Shown: positions 8,400 to 17,458 of the stretch, in pieces
Layout of the letters: each line of letters opens with the position of its first letter
Numbering within the stretch: position 1 is the stretch's first letter
Source: Anaerolineae bacterium
Lineage (GTDB): Bacteria; Chloroflexota; Anaerolineae; CG2-30-64-16
Direction of reading: 5' to 3'
Assembly: GCA_040772005.1 (NCBI GenBank)
Contig: JAXGYZ010000002.1
Coordinates: 101,546 to 165,545 of the forward strand
Length of the DNA: 64,000 nucleotides
The notes under the pieces: model-generated
The model's input: only the letters and a program-made list of their open reading frames with translations
Databases searched by the model: none
What the model was told of the DNA's origin: nothing
Program-made: the position numbers and the translations under genes

Positions 8400-10127
8400 T
8401 CAGTCCAGTTTGACCGTATACCCGCTGTCCTGGAGCAGCGCCAGCACGCGGGGCACGTTGGCCTCGGGGATGATGACGGCCTGCGCGGAGATGATCTCAC
8501 CGAGCAAGGGCGCAATCGCCGGGTCGGCGCGCAGACTGCCGAGCATACTGGCATCCGGCACGCGCAGCACCGCGCCGCGGGTGACGCGCAGCGCGCCGCC
8601 GAGCTGATCGTAGCGGCCAAGCGCGGCTGCAACCCTGGCCGGAACGGGCGCGCCGCCCGCGCGCTTCAGGAAGTCGAGCACGGCCTGGGCCTGGATGCCG
8701 GAAGCACGGGCTGCGGCCAGGCTGGCGCGCGTGATACGGTGGCGGGTGTGGGTGACGCTGCCCAGGGCGGGCCGCTCGTCCGCGCCGGCTGCCTCCGGCC
8801 CTGCGGCGACCAGCGGCTCGGTGATGCGGAGGAGGCGGAACCGGTCCAGCAGGGGGCATAACAGCGGCGCGCGCACCGTAAAATCGTCGCTCACGGCGAG
8901 ACGCACGGGCCGGGGCAGCTCCGCCGGGATGCCGCCCGCCAGCCACGCCTCGCCCCAGGCAGTGAGCCGGAAGGCCGTCGCCCCCTGCTCTGCTTCGTCC
9001 AGCGTGCCGCAGGCCACCGCTCCCAGCCAGTACAACGGCCCCGTCATCAGGAAGGCCAGCAGGCGGCCCTCGACCTGCTCCCACGCCTCGAAGCCGTTGA
9101 GGTACAGGCCGGTCTCGGCGTCCTTGAGATACCAGCCTGTGTAATTGCCATCGGGGCGCAGAAAGTCGGGGTCGGACGTCTTGAAGGCCGCGACCAGGTC
9201 TGTCAGCCGGTACCAGGCGGATGAGTCGAGCCGGGTGAGCGCTTCCAGCAGGGCGCGCCGCGGCAGCAGCGGGTCGTTGCGCCATTCGCCTTCGGGGCGC
9301 AGCGCAGGCACACGGCGCAGGTCGTTCCAGGTGATGCTGTCGCGCCAGGCGGCGAAGAGCTGCGTGACCTGCTCCCAGTGGGTCCCGCGCAGCCAGCGGC
9401 TGCTGGCCTGATGGTTGACGACCAGCCGCCCACGGTCGGCGGCCAGCCACCCGCAATCGGTCAGGAGGGCCAGCAGGAAGTCCAGCCGGACGGGATCGTC
9501 GCTCAACAGCCGCTGGCGAAGCTCGCGCGCGGCGCCCTCCGCCAGCGCGCCGGTGCGTTCGAGCGGGGCCGGCGCCGCGCGGAACATGGCGAGCACGGTG
9601 CAGGCATCCACTGCCAGGGTGTTGCGTGCGCGGTGGGCCTGGGCAGGCGCGGCGCTGGGCGTCAAGGCCGGGCCATGCGGCGTTGGCGCGGCCGCGGCCA
9701 GGCCCTCAGGGATGGGCAGGTCTTCGGGGATGTAGATGTATTCGAGCGGCCCCTCACCGAATTCAGCAAAGGCGCGGTAGATGAGTCCGCGATACCACAG
9801 TTCCTCTGCGGCGTTGGCCGGCGCACGCCACGTGGCTTCCCGCTCCAGCCGGCCCGGTCCGATGGGGCGGATTTCGCCGTGCAGCCGCGCGAACGCGGCC
9901 GCCTTCATGCGCCCGCCCGCAGACACGAGGCCATGCCATGCAGCCTGGGCTTCCGGCGTGCAGCCGGACATCGCAGCGCGCGTCGCGGCCGGGTCCGCCA
10001 GCGCGGCGGCCAGTTGGCCGGCCACGTCCGCGCGCACGTTGGATGCCAGGCTCACGTCGCGCAGTTCAGCGATGGCCCGCAGCAGGGCAAGCGGATGTTC
10101 ATTCAGGCTGACCAGGAGCGTGCGCAT
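8400..10127 (-). CDS. hypothetical protein with repeated XPB-N-terminal-like (helicase-associated, winged-helix) segments
   Basis: 575-aa Ala/Leu/Arg-rich soluble ORF. Segments such as ITRASLAAARASGIQAQAVLDFLKRAGGAPVP resemble the damage-recognition domain of XPB helicases. No enzymatic motif recognised. Confidence 0.35.
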   Translation of the reverse strand: MRTLLVSLNEHPLALLRAIAELRDVSLASNVRADVAGQLAAALADPAATRAAMSGCTPEAQAAWHGLVSAGGRMKAAAFARLHGEIRPIGPGRLEREATWRAPANAAEELWYRGLIYRAFAEFGEGPLEYIYIPEDLPIPEGLAAAAPTPHGPALTPSAAPAQAHRARNTLAVDACTVLAMFRAAPAPLERTGALAEGAARELRQRLLSDDPVRLDFLLALLTDCGWLAADRGRLVVNHQASSRWLRGTHWEQVTQLFAAWRDSITWNDLRRVPALRPEGEWRNDPLLPRRALLEALTRLDSSAWYRLTDLVAAFKTSDPDFLRPDGNYTGWYLKDAETGLYLNGFEAWEQVEGRLLAFLMTGPLYWLGAVACGTLDEAEQGATAFRLTAWGEAWLAGGIPAELPRPVRLAVSDDFTVRAPLLCPLLDRFRLLRITEPLVAAGPEAAGADERPALGSVTHTRHRITRASLAAARASGIQAQAVLDFLKRAGGAPVPARVAAALGRYDQLGGALRVTRGAVLRVPDASMLGSLRADPAIAPLLGEIISAQAVIIPEANVPRVLALLQDSGYTVKLD

Positions 10128-10219
10128 GGCAAGGATTATACCACTTGAAACAAACCTGACATACACTACGTTAAGTGAGTGTATAATGAGGATACGTTAC
10201 CGGAAGGAGTTGCTATTGC

Positions 10220-10579
10220 ATGGCGAAACAGACGGAGAACATCGGAGCGCGGGCAGGTGTGTTGAGCGAACTCGTGCGCAACGGCAAATTGGCGTGGAAG
10301 TTGTTCAAGGACCCGCGCGTCGCCTGGGCCTATAAGCTGATTATCCCGGGGATTGCCGGGTTGTATCTGTTTTTCCCGGCGGACCTGCTGCCGGACTTTT
10401 TCCCGCTGCTCGGTCAGTTGGACGACCTGGCAATCATTGCGTTGGCGGTCAAGTTGTTCATTGAGTTGGCGCCGAAGGACATCGTGAGTCAGTACCGCGA
10501 CGGCCAGCGCGCGGCTGGCTCCGCCGCCGGCGCCGACCAGGGGCATGTCGTGGATGGCGAGTATCGGGTCATGGACTGA
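10220..10579 (+). CDS. DUF1232 (YkvA-like) small membrane protein
   Basis: 119-aa ORF with the DUF1232 core (DPRVAWAYKLIIPGIAGLYLFFPADLLPDFFPLLGQLDDLAIIALAV). Confidence 0.6.
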   Translation: MAKQTENIGARAGVLSELVRNGKLAWKLFKDPRVAWAYKLIIPGIAGLYLFFPADLLPDFFPLLGQLDDLAIIALAVKLFIELAPKDIVSQYRDGQRAAGSAAGADQGHVVDGEYRVMD

Positions 10580-10580
10580 G

Positions 10581-10650
10581 GGAATTAGGAATTAGAAATT
10601 AGGAATTAAGAGTTGGGCATTCCCAATTTTCAATTCGTAATTCGCAATTC
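10581..10650. repeat. AT-rich palindrome of tandem GAATTAG-type heptamers (bidirectional terminator candidate); right arm overlaps the last codons of rimO
   Basis: ggaattaggaattagaaattaggaattaag / gaattgcgaattacgaattgaaaatt (reverse complement) form a long imperfect hairpin between the convergent DUF1232 and rimO genes. The right arm encodes the rimO C-terminus ELRITN. Confidence 0.55.
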
Positions 10651-12039
10651 ACCGAGCAGGTCGTACTCCAGCGCGCCGGAGATGCGCACCTGGGCCATCT
10701 GGCCGACGGGCAGCAGGCCCGGCACAACCACCAGCCCATCCACCTCCGGCGCATCGCGGTAGCTGCGCGCCAGCGACACCGGCTGGCGTCGCGCCCGCGC
10801 CTTCGCATGTCGCCCGCGCTTCTCAGCCACGACCAGCCCCGGCTGCGCGGCCATCTCCATCTCGCCCTGCGCCTCCACCAGCACTTCCAGTTGCCTGCCG
10901 ACCTGGGCCTGGTTGCGGATCAGCGAGATGCGCTGTTGGGCGGCCATCAATCGTGCATACCGCTCGCCCTTAACTTCCTCCGCCACCTGGTCCGGCATGT
11001 CGGCCGCGGGCGTGCCCGGCTCCGGGCTGAAGGTAAACACACCGACCTTGTCGAACTGGATGGCCTCCACAAAGTCGAGCAGGCCCTGGAACTCCGCTTC
11101 CGTCTCGCCGGGGAAACCCACGATGAACGTGCTGCGGAAGGCCATGTCGGGCATGGCCGCGCGCATCTGCGCGAACGTCGCGAGGAGCCGGTCCACGTTG
11201 CTGGGCCGGAACATGCGGCGCAGCGTGGCCGGATGGCCGTGTTGCAGCGGGATGTCCAGGTAATGACAGATGCGCGGGTCGCTCGCCATGACGTCGATCA
11301 GGCGCTGCGTGACGTGGCCCGGATACGCATACATGAGCCGCAGCCAGCGCACATCCGGCGCGCCGTGGAGGATGTCCCGGAGCAGGCCGGGCAGCGTGTC
11401 GGGCTGGCCCGCGTCGCGACCGTAATCCGTGGTGTCCTGTGCAATGAGGATCAGCTCGTGTGCGCCCGCGGCGGTCAGGTTGCGGGCCTCGGCGACGATG
11501 GCCTCCGGCGGGCGGCTGCGCAGCTTGCCCTTGAAGACCGGGATGGAGCAGAACGCGCAGGGTGCGTTGCAGCCGTCGCTGACCTTGAGATACGCGCTGC
11601 CGTTGACCACCGGCGGCCGCGGAGTCGCGTCGAGGAGCGGCTGTTCCGGGTCACCCAGCAGCGCGTAGCTGCCGAACGCGCGCTGCGCCTTGCCTCCCCG
11701 GAGCGCCTGGATGAACGGCACAATCTCCATCCAGCGCCGCGTGCCCAGCAGCCCGTCAACGCCCGGCACTTCCTGGGCGATGCGCGCGCCGTTGCGCTGG
11801 GCCATGCAGCCCGCGGCAATGAGCACCTGGCCCGGCCGCTTGCGGCCGGCGAGCTCGCGCAGGTTGGCGAGGGACTCGTCTTCGGCTGCGGCCAGGAAGC
11901 CGCACGTATTAACGATCAGGACATCGGCGTCGGTGGGCACGTTGGTGCCGTCATACCCTGCCCCGCCGAGCAGCATCGCCATGCCTTCGCTGTCAACCGT
12001 GTTCTTGGGACAGCCGAGCGTCATCAGGAAGTATCTCAT
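10630..12039 (-). CDS. rimO: ribosomal protein S12 methylthiotransferase RimO (radical-SAM MTTase with TRAM domain)
   Basis: MRYFLMTLGCPKNTVDSE N-terminal MTTase domain, a radical-SAM CxxxCxxC core (SDGCNAPCAFCSIP) and a C-terminal TRAM domain; 469 aa. Confidence 0.75.
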   Translation of the reverse strand: MRYFLMTLGCPKNTVDSEGMAMLLGGAGYDGTNVPTDADVLIVNTCGFLAAAEDESLANLRELAGRKRPGQVLIAAGCMAQRNGARIAQEVPGVDGLLGTRRWMEIVPFIQALRGGKAQRAFGSYALLGDPEQPLLDATPRPPVVNGSAYLKVSDGCNAPCAFCSIPVFKGKLRSRPPEAIVAEARNLTAAGAHELILIAQDTTDYGRDAGQPDTLPGLLRDILHGAPDVRWLRLMYAYPGHVTQRLIDVMASDPRICHYLDIPLQHGHPATLRRMFRPSNVDRLLATFAQMRAAMPDMAFRSTFIVGFPGETEAEFQGLLDFVEAIQFDKVGVFTFSPEPGTPAADMPDQVAEEVKGERYARLMAAQQRISLIRNQAQVGRQLEVLVEAQGEMEMAAQPGLVVAEKRGRHAKARARRQPVSLARSYRDAPEVDGLVVVPGLLPVGQMAQVRISGALEYDLLGELRITN

Positions 12040-12043
12040 AAGC

Positions 12044-12172
12044 TCTTTAAACCAACGGTTGCAGGTTGCATGTTACAGGTTCGCCGATCGCGTTTGGCTG
12101 ATCGCAATCGTATGTTAGCCTGTAGCCGACAACCTGCAACCTGTAACTTGTAAACCTTTAAACCTGTAACCG
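12044..12172. repeat. palindrome built from tandem GGTTGCA/GGTTACA heptamers
   Basis: Left arm ctttaaaccaacggttgcaggttgcatgttacaggtt and right arm aacctgcaacctgtaacttgtaaacctttaaacctgtaaccg are reverse complements. Located between the rimO start and the rodZ-like stop. Confidence 0.55.
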
Positions 12173-12173
12173 T

Positions 12174-13109
12174 TTAGCCGGCTGGCGTCGGCGTAACGGT
12201 GGTCTGGGGCGTGTCGGTCTGGCCGGAGGTCTCGGTGACGCCTTCCGGGTTGACGACCCAGGTGCGCTCGACGACCTGTCCCACGTTGCCCATGGTGCCC
12301 AGGTCTTCGCCGTTCAGGATGAGCGTGACCCCGCCGCCGTTGCCTGTGCGGATGGTAATCGAGTCCGCGGCCTCATAGACGCGCGAGGCGTTTGCATCGA
12401 GCGTGCCTTCCTCCGCGACCTCTCCGTCCACCAGGATACGCATCCATGCGCGCTGCGTAGTCACGACCTCTAACAAGAGCGCCGATACAAATTCAGGGGT
12501 GGCGGTCGGGCGCAGTGTCGGCGTCGCAGAAGCCTGCACTGTGGGCGTCGGCAGCGGCAGCAGGTCCGAGGTCGGCTCAGGCAGAGGCGCGGTCGGCGTC
12601 TCGGAGGGCTTCGGCGTGGCAGTGACAACCCACTGGGTCGCGGTGTTGGTGGGCGTGGCGCTGGCCGCGGGGCCAAACGCCGCCAGCGGATTCCAGCCCG
12701 GATTACGGTTCAACAGCCACCAGCCGCCCAGCGCTAGAAGCAAGACGAAGGCCAACGCAGCCACCCAGGGCAGCCAGCGTGACCCGGCCATCGGGTCCAC
12801 CAGCTCGACTTCCAGGGGCCGGTAATCAATCAGGCGCGGCTTGCCTGGCTCCGCGATCGCAATCTCCGGGTTGGTATCCCCGCTCTCTATGCTGTAGAGA
12901 TCGAGAACGCCCTCGACGTCCAGGCCGAGATACGCGGCATAGGTGCGCACGAACCCGCGCGCGACTGTGCCGCGCGGCAGGCTGGCATAATCACCATTTT
13001 CCAGGGCTTCGAGATATCTCTGGCGGATGCGCGTGACCGCTTCAACGTCGGCCAGGCTGAGTTGTTTCGCCGTGCGCGCCTCGTACAAAAGGCGCCCGAG
13101 CTCACTCAT
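12174..13109 (-). CDS. rodZ: RodZ-like cytoskeleton protein (XRE-type HTH, TM helix, Pro/Thr-rich linker, C-terminal DUF4115)
   Basis: Start at ATG 13109 (MSELGRLLYEARTAKQLSLADVEAVTRIR is an HTH_XRE motif), one TM segment, PT-rich linker, conserved C-terminal domain. Confidence 0.55.
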   Translation of the reverse strand: MSELGRLLYEARTAKQLSLADVEAVTRIRQRYLEALENGDYASLPRGTVARGFVRTYAAYLGLDVEGVLDLYSIESGDTNPEIAIAEPGKPRLIDYRPLEVELVDPMAGSRWLPWVAALAFVLLLALGGWWLLNRNPGWNPLAAFGPAASATPTNTATQWVVTATPKPSETPTAPLPEPTSDLLPLPTPTVQASATPTLRPTATPEFVSALLLEVVTTQRAWMRILVDGEVAEEGTLDANASRVYEAADSITIRTGNGGGVTLILNGEDLGTMGNVGQVVERTWVVNPEGVTETSGQTDTPQTTVTPTPAG

Positions 13110-13203
13110 ACGATGTTGTGTCCTGATACGTGATAGTAGACAGAACAAATATACCCGCGGCGGGGCGAAAAGTCAAAAACTATGCTTATCCGGCCCCCAT
13201 CTC

Positions 13204-13357
13204 TCAGGAATTCCAAATGTGGATTGCCAGGCATCCTGAGCGGAGGGTGTTGCGGAGCAACGCACGCAGTCGAAGGATAGCCACTGTGCAGGCGTGCTTC
13301 GACTACGCTCCGCTCCGCTCAGCATGCCTGCACCCTCGCGCACATCTGGAATTCCTG
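13204..13357 (+). mobile_element. MITE-like insertion with 17-bp terminal inverted repeats and a 9-bp flanking direct repeat
   Basis: TIR-left caggaattccaaatgtg (13204-13220) and TIR-right cacatctggaattcctg (13341-13357) are reverse complements with one mismatch. The direct repeat cccatctct sits immediately outside both ends (13195-13203 and 13359-13367). No ORF inside. Confidence 0.5.
13228..13330 (+). ncRNA. candidate structured RNA element, copy X (homologous to 51025-51165)
   Basis: Long P1 helix (CAGGCAUCCUGAGCGGAGG ... CUCCGCUCAGCAUGCCUG), inner hairpin GUGUUGC-GGAG-CAACGCAC, and a second helix GCAGUCGAAGG ... CUUCGACUAC. The helix-forming sequences are shared with copy Y while the enclosed hairpins differ. 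Confidence 0.4.
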
Positions 13358-13416
13358 CCCCATCTCTACTGCTTATTGCGCAAACATCCGCTTACGGGTA
13401 TCATGCGGGCAACCCT

Positions 13417-14109
13417 ATGCGCCGCAAAACTGTCCACCGCGCGCGTCGCGGCCTGCTGCTCATCATCGGCCTGGCGATCATTGCTTCGGTTTGGTCGGCG
13501 GAGCAGGTTGCGCGCGCCGGCTACGGGCCGGCATGGCTGCAATTCTTGTTCGCGGCCACCGGGCCTACGGGCGGCCTGCGCGTCGGGCTCGTCGCCGGCC
13601 ACCGGGGCAATGACTCCGGCACTGTCTGCCCGGATGGACTGACGGAGGTCGAGGTCAACACGCGCATCGCGGAACTGACCGCAGACCGGCTGCGCAGCCA
13701 GGGGATGCGCGTGGATGTGCTGGACGAACTGGATGCCCGGCTGTTCTTCTATCGCGCGGACGCTTTCGTCTCCATCCACACGGACTCCTGCCAGGCCAAT
13801 CTGAGCGGCTTCAAGGTTGCCCCGCCGGACGGCGGCAGCGCAGCCTCGCGGCGGCTGGCCGAGTGCCTGTGGGACGAGTACGAGGCTGCCAGTGGCCTGC
13901 CCCGCCATCCGACCACCATCACCCGGGATATGACCGAGTATCATGCCTTCCGCAAGCTGGCGCCCGGCACGCCCGCGGCCATCATCGAGCTGGGCTTCCT
14001 GGGCACGGATCGGGCGCTCCTGGTCGATGAGCCGGAGCGGCTGGCGGACGGCGTAGCCGCCGGCATCATCTGCTTTCTGACGCCGGCGATGGCGACCCAG
14101 GAGCCGTGA
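13417..14109 (+). CDS. N-acetylmuramoyl-L-alanine amidase (Amidase_3 family, cell-wall hydrolase)
   Basis: Signal/TM segment, then the zinc-amidase core GHRGNDSGTVCPDGLTEVEVN ... FVSIHTDS. Start taken at ATG 13417 (MRRKTVHRARRGLLLIIGLAI). Confidence 0.7.
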   Translation: MRRKTVHRARRGLLLIIGLAIIASVWSAEQVARAGYGPAWLQFLFAATGPTGGLRVGLVAGHRGNDSGTVCPDGLTEVEVNTRIAELTADRLRSQGMRVDVLDELDARLFFYRADAFVSIHTDSCQANLSGFKVAPPDGGSAASRRLAECLWDEYEAASGLPRHPTTITRDMTEYHAFRKLAPGTPAAIIELGFLGTDRALLVDEPERLADGVAAGIICFLTPAMATQEP

Positions 14110-15116
14110 TGAACCCCTATGAACGCATGACCGCGCGGCTGGCCGGCCAGCCGGTTGACCGCGTGCCCAACTTCAACATCTTCATGCAGTTTGCGAGCCA
14201 CCATATCGGGCAGCCGTTGAGCCGTTACTATCAGGACTACCGTGTGCTGTGCGACGCGAACTTCGCGGTGCAGGAGGCCTTCGACCTCGACATCCTGCAG
14301 GCCATCTCCGACCCGTACCGCGAGGCCGCGGACTTCGGCCTGCAGGTGGACTTTCCCGACGACAGCCTGCCGCTTGCCACGACGCCGCTGCTGCTCGACC
14401 CGGCGGACCTCGCCGCGCTGCGGCCCGTCGCACCGGAGGTCGGCCGGCGGATGAGCGACCGGCTCGCGGCCGTGCGCCTGTTCCGCGAGCGGGCCGGCGG
14501 CCGCGTGCCCATCATGGGCTGGGTGGAGGGCGCGCTGGCCGAGGCCGCGGACCTGCGGGGTGTCAGCGCGCTCCTGACGGACCTGGTCGACCGGCCCGCA
14601 TGGGTGGAGGAACTTGTGGAGTTCTGCGCCGAGGTCGGGGTGAGCTTCGCCCGCGCGCAGGTGGCCGCGGGCGCCGATATCATCGGGCTGGGTGACGCTA
14701 TTGCGTCACAGGTCTCCCCGCGCCTCTACCGGCAGTTCGCGCTCCCCTACGAGCAGCGCATCTTCGCGGCCGTCCACGAGATGGGCGCGCTGGCCCGCCT
14801 GCACATCTGCGGCAACACGACGCGCATCCTTGCAGACATGGCCGAGAGCGGCGCGGATATCATCGACGTGGACTGGATGGTGGATATGGGCCAGGCGGCG
14901 GAGGCGTTCGGCACGCGCGCGGCCGTCTGCGGCAACCAGGACCCGGTCGCGGTCATGCTCAACGGCACGCCCGCAGAGGTCGCCGCGCAGGTGCGCGCGT
15001 GCGTGATCGCGGGTGGCCCCCGCTGCTTCAGCGCCGCGGGGTGCGAGATACCCGACGAAACGCCGGTGGAGAATCTGCACGCACAGGTGCAGGTGCTGCG
15101 CGAGTGGGGTGTGTGA
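14106..15116 (+). CDS. uroporphyrinogen decarboxylase (URO-D / MtaA-like) family protein
   Basis: 336-aa URO-D fold signature (RVPNFNIFMQFASHHIG ... DIIGLGDAIASQVSP). ATGA start overlap with the amidase gene. Confidence 0.65.
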   Translation: MMNPYERMTARLAGQPVDRVPNFNIFMQFASHHIGQPLSRYYQDYRVLCDANFAVQEAFDLDILQAISDPYREAADFGLQVDFPDDSLPLATTPLLLDPADLAALRPVAPEVGRRMSDRLAAVRLFRERAGGRVPIMGWVEGALAEAADLRGVSALLTDLVDRPAWVEELVEFCAEVGVSFARAQVAAGADIIGLGDAIASQVSPRLYRQFALPYEQRIFAAVHEMGALARLHICGNTTRILADMAESGADIIDVDWMVDMGQAAEAFGTRAAVCGNQDPVAVMLNGTPAEVAAQVRACVIAGGPRCFSAAGCEIPDETPVENLHAQVQVLREWGV

Positions 15117-15128
15117 CCCTCTCCCCGC

Positions 15129-16679
15129 CTATTCCTCGAACATATACCTCAGCACCAACCCGTGAATCACCTGCTCCACGGGCGCGCGGTCATCAGTGAA
15201 GATGGGCGTGCCGGGGGGCGGCACGGCGGGCTGCGCCTGCGGCGCGGCGCGAGACGCGACTTCCAACAGCAGCGGATGCGTGAACGCGGGCAGGTTCGCG
15301 CGCAGGTCGCTCAACGTTGTGGACTGGTTCGTGCCGACGACGAGGGTGTTGCCCAGGCCGCTCGCGCCGCTCGGCTCGTCCATCACGTAGACGCTCGGAA
15401 AGACGCGCAGCATCGTCGCGGCGATGGCGTGCACGAGGCTGTAGTCATCGCTCGTGCGTCCGACGTTGACCGCGACCACGCCCTGCGGGTTCAGCCGGTC
15501 CCGCGCCAGTTGGAAGAACTCGACGGTCGTCAGGTGGAACGGGATGTACGGCGGGCGGTACGCATCCACCGCCACCACATCGTACCGCGCAGGCGCGTTG
15601 ACCAGGAAGCGCCTCCCATCCACCGCATAGGCATTGAGGTTGGGCTGGTCCATCGCAAACCAGGCGCGGCCCGTCGCGATGATTTCCGGGTCCAGCTCTG
15701 CGCCGTCGATGGGGATGGGGCCGTAAGCCTCGGTAAATAGCTGCGCCATCGTGCCCGCGGCCAACCCCACGATCGCGACGCGGCCCACCTGCTCCGGCCC
15801 GTAACCCGCCGGATTGAAGGCGGGCGCGAGCAGGAAATAGTCCCAGATGCCGTCGGCCAGCCCGCCCGCGGGCCGGTAGACCGAGTGGATGCCCTCGCCC
15901 TCGTTCAGCCGGAGCTGGCGCTCCACGCCGAGATCAAGCACCTGGATGTAGTTGAACGCCGACTCGGTCTCGAACACCAGGCCCTCCGCCGTCTTGATGG
16001 GGCCGGTGGGCCGGAAGCCCAGCCAGGCCACGACCGCGGCGGCCAGCGTCACCGCCAGCGCGTCGCGCCACTGCCGCGCGGCCAGCAGCCCCAGCAGCAC
16101 TACGGCCAGCAGCAGGAGCGCCAGCAGCGCGAACGTCGCCCGCGTCCCAACATTGGGGATGAGCAGGAGCACCGGCAGGAAGCTGCCCAGGATGCTGCCG
16201 CCGGTGGAGATGGCGTACAGGCGGCCCGCGGCTGCGCCGCTGCTGCGGATATCGCGCAGCGCGAGCCGCACCGCGAACGGGCTGACGCAGCCCAGCAGCG
16301 TGACAGGCACGGCAAAGAGGATCAGGATCGCCGCCATGCTGCCCGCCAGCAGCCCGGCGTCGAAATCGGCCAGCCCCCGGCCTGCCAGTTGGAGCACCGG
16401 CCGCGAGATGGCCGGTACGAGGCCCACGCCGAAGGCTGCGACTGCCACGAGCCGCAGCAGCGTCAGCAGCCGCGGTGAGCGGTCCGCGATTTTGCCGCCC
16501 GCCCAGTATCCCGCGGCAAGGCAGAACAGGATGAGGCCGATGACCGCCGCCCACACGATCTGCGAGTTGCCGAACCAGGGATCGAGCAGCCGCGAGGCGG
16601 ACAGCTCGACGCCCAGAGTGGTCAATCCGGCGGTAAACACCAGGAGGTAGAGATAAGCACGGCTTGCGGTTTGCGACAT
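15129..16679 (-). CDS. fused polytopic membrane domain / spermidine-synthase-like aminopropyltransferase
   Basis: Start ATG 16679 (MSQTASRAYLYLLVFTAGL). The N-terminal half has MFS-like TM helices; the C-terminal half carries the spermidine synthase fold motif (VAIVGLAAGTMAQ ... VVAVDAYRPPYIPFHLTT). Confidence 0.6.
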   Translation of the reverse strand: MSQTASRAYLYLLVFTAGLTTLGVELSASRLLDPWFGNSQIVWAAVIGLILFCLAAGYWAGGKIADRSPRLLTLLRLVAVAAFGVGLVPAISRPVLQLAGRGLADFDAGLLAGSMAAILILFAVPVTLLGCVSPFAVRLALRDIRSSGAAAGRLYAISTGGSILGSFLPVLLLIPNVGTRATFALLALLLLAVVLLGLLAARQWRDALAVTLAAAVVAWLGFRPTGPIKTAEGLVFETESAFNYIQVLDLGVERQLRLNEGEGIHSVYRPAGGLADGIWDYFLLAPAFNPAGYGPEQVGRVAIVGLAAGTMAQLFTEAYGPIPIDGAELDPEIIATGRAWFAMDQPNLNAYAVDGRRFLVNAPARYDVVAVDAYRPPYIPFHLTTVEFFQLARDRLNPQGVVAVNVGRTSDDYSLVHAIAATMLRVFPSVYVMDEPSGASGLGNTLVVGTNQSTTLSDLRANLPAFTHPLLLEVASRAAPQAQPAVPPPGTPIFTDDRAPVEQVIHGLVLRYMFEE

Positions 16680-16847
16680 GGGCCGATTATACTTGGTCGC
16701 GGCCCCGCGGGCCAAGCCGGGGCCAGAGATTGTCTGAAAAGCTGTGGAGTGGAGCGTCCTCAGACGCGGAACGGCCCCTGCGTCGGCGTGTCCGTCCGCA
16801 TTTGAGAATGCGGACTCCACCTGCATCATAGATGAAATCGGGATGCC

Positions 16848-17426
16848 ATGCGCGAAAAGATTGTGTTTCCATCGTATCTGGGCCAGGGCGTGCTGGCCGT
16901 CATGCTGCCGGTGGAAGTGACGGGGCAGATCGCGGGCTGGCGCGGCCGGTTCGACCCCTACCATCTCACCATTCCGCCGCACGTCACGGTGATGTACCCG
17001 CCATTTGTCAGCCGGTCAGAGTGGCAGATCGAGCGCGAGGCACTGGCGCGCCGGCTGGCTGGATTCCCCGCGTTCGATGTGATTCTGGCCCGGACGAGCG
17101 CATTTTTGGCCCCGCGCCACGTCCTCTGGCTGCATCCTGAGGATGGCGGTATGATTCGCCGGCTCGAAGCGACGGTGCGCGAGCACTTCGGCCTACCGCC
17201 CGCGCCGCCGCCCTACGAGTTCACGCCTCACGTCACCATCGGCTTCTTTGACGACGAAGCGGCACTCCGGCAGGCCGAGGCCGAGGTCATGGCCGCCCTG
17301 ACGCCTATTGTCTTCCGCGTGACAGAGGCCACCTATATGTTCGGCAAGGAAGATGGCACCTGGGACGTCGGCGATGTACTGCCGCTCGGCCAGGCCGGGC
17401 CGCAACCCGGTGAGGTGATGCCCTGA
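16848..17426 (+). CDS. 2H phosphoesterase superfamily protein (LigT / 2'-5' RNA ligase-like)
   Basis: Two H-x-T-x motifs (HLTIPPH and HVTIGFF) at the typical spacing of 2H enzymes; 192 aa. Confidence 0.6.
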   Translation: MREKIVFPSYLGQGVLAVMLPVEVTGQIAGWRGRFDPYHLTIPPHVTVMYPPFVSRSEWQIEREALARRLAGFPAFDVILARTSAFLAPRHVLWLHPEDGGMIRRLEATVREHFGLPPAPPPYEFTPHVTIGFFDDEAALRQAEAEVMAALTPIVFRVTEATYMFGKEDGTWDVGDVLPLGQAGPQPGEVMP

Positions 17427-17458
17427 CCCGCCGCAATGCCGGTCCCCCGACATGGCCG

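Noticed and set aside
16687-16850. Nested inverted repeats (gtggagt ... actccac; ccgcat-ttgaga-atgcgg) upstream of the 2H phosphoesterase gene as a possible riboswitch
   Set aside because: Only a single copy and no recognisable consensus. It could equally be a divergent-promoter operator or a terminator, so I left it unannotated.
15129-16982. 617-aa form of the spermidine-synthase-like gene
   Set aside because: The first roughly 100 codons are non-membrane and Arg/His-rich and run into the divergent promoter region. ATG 16679 begins the first TM helix.
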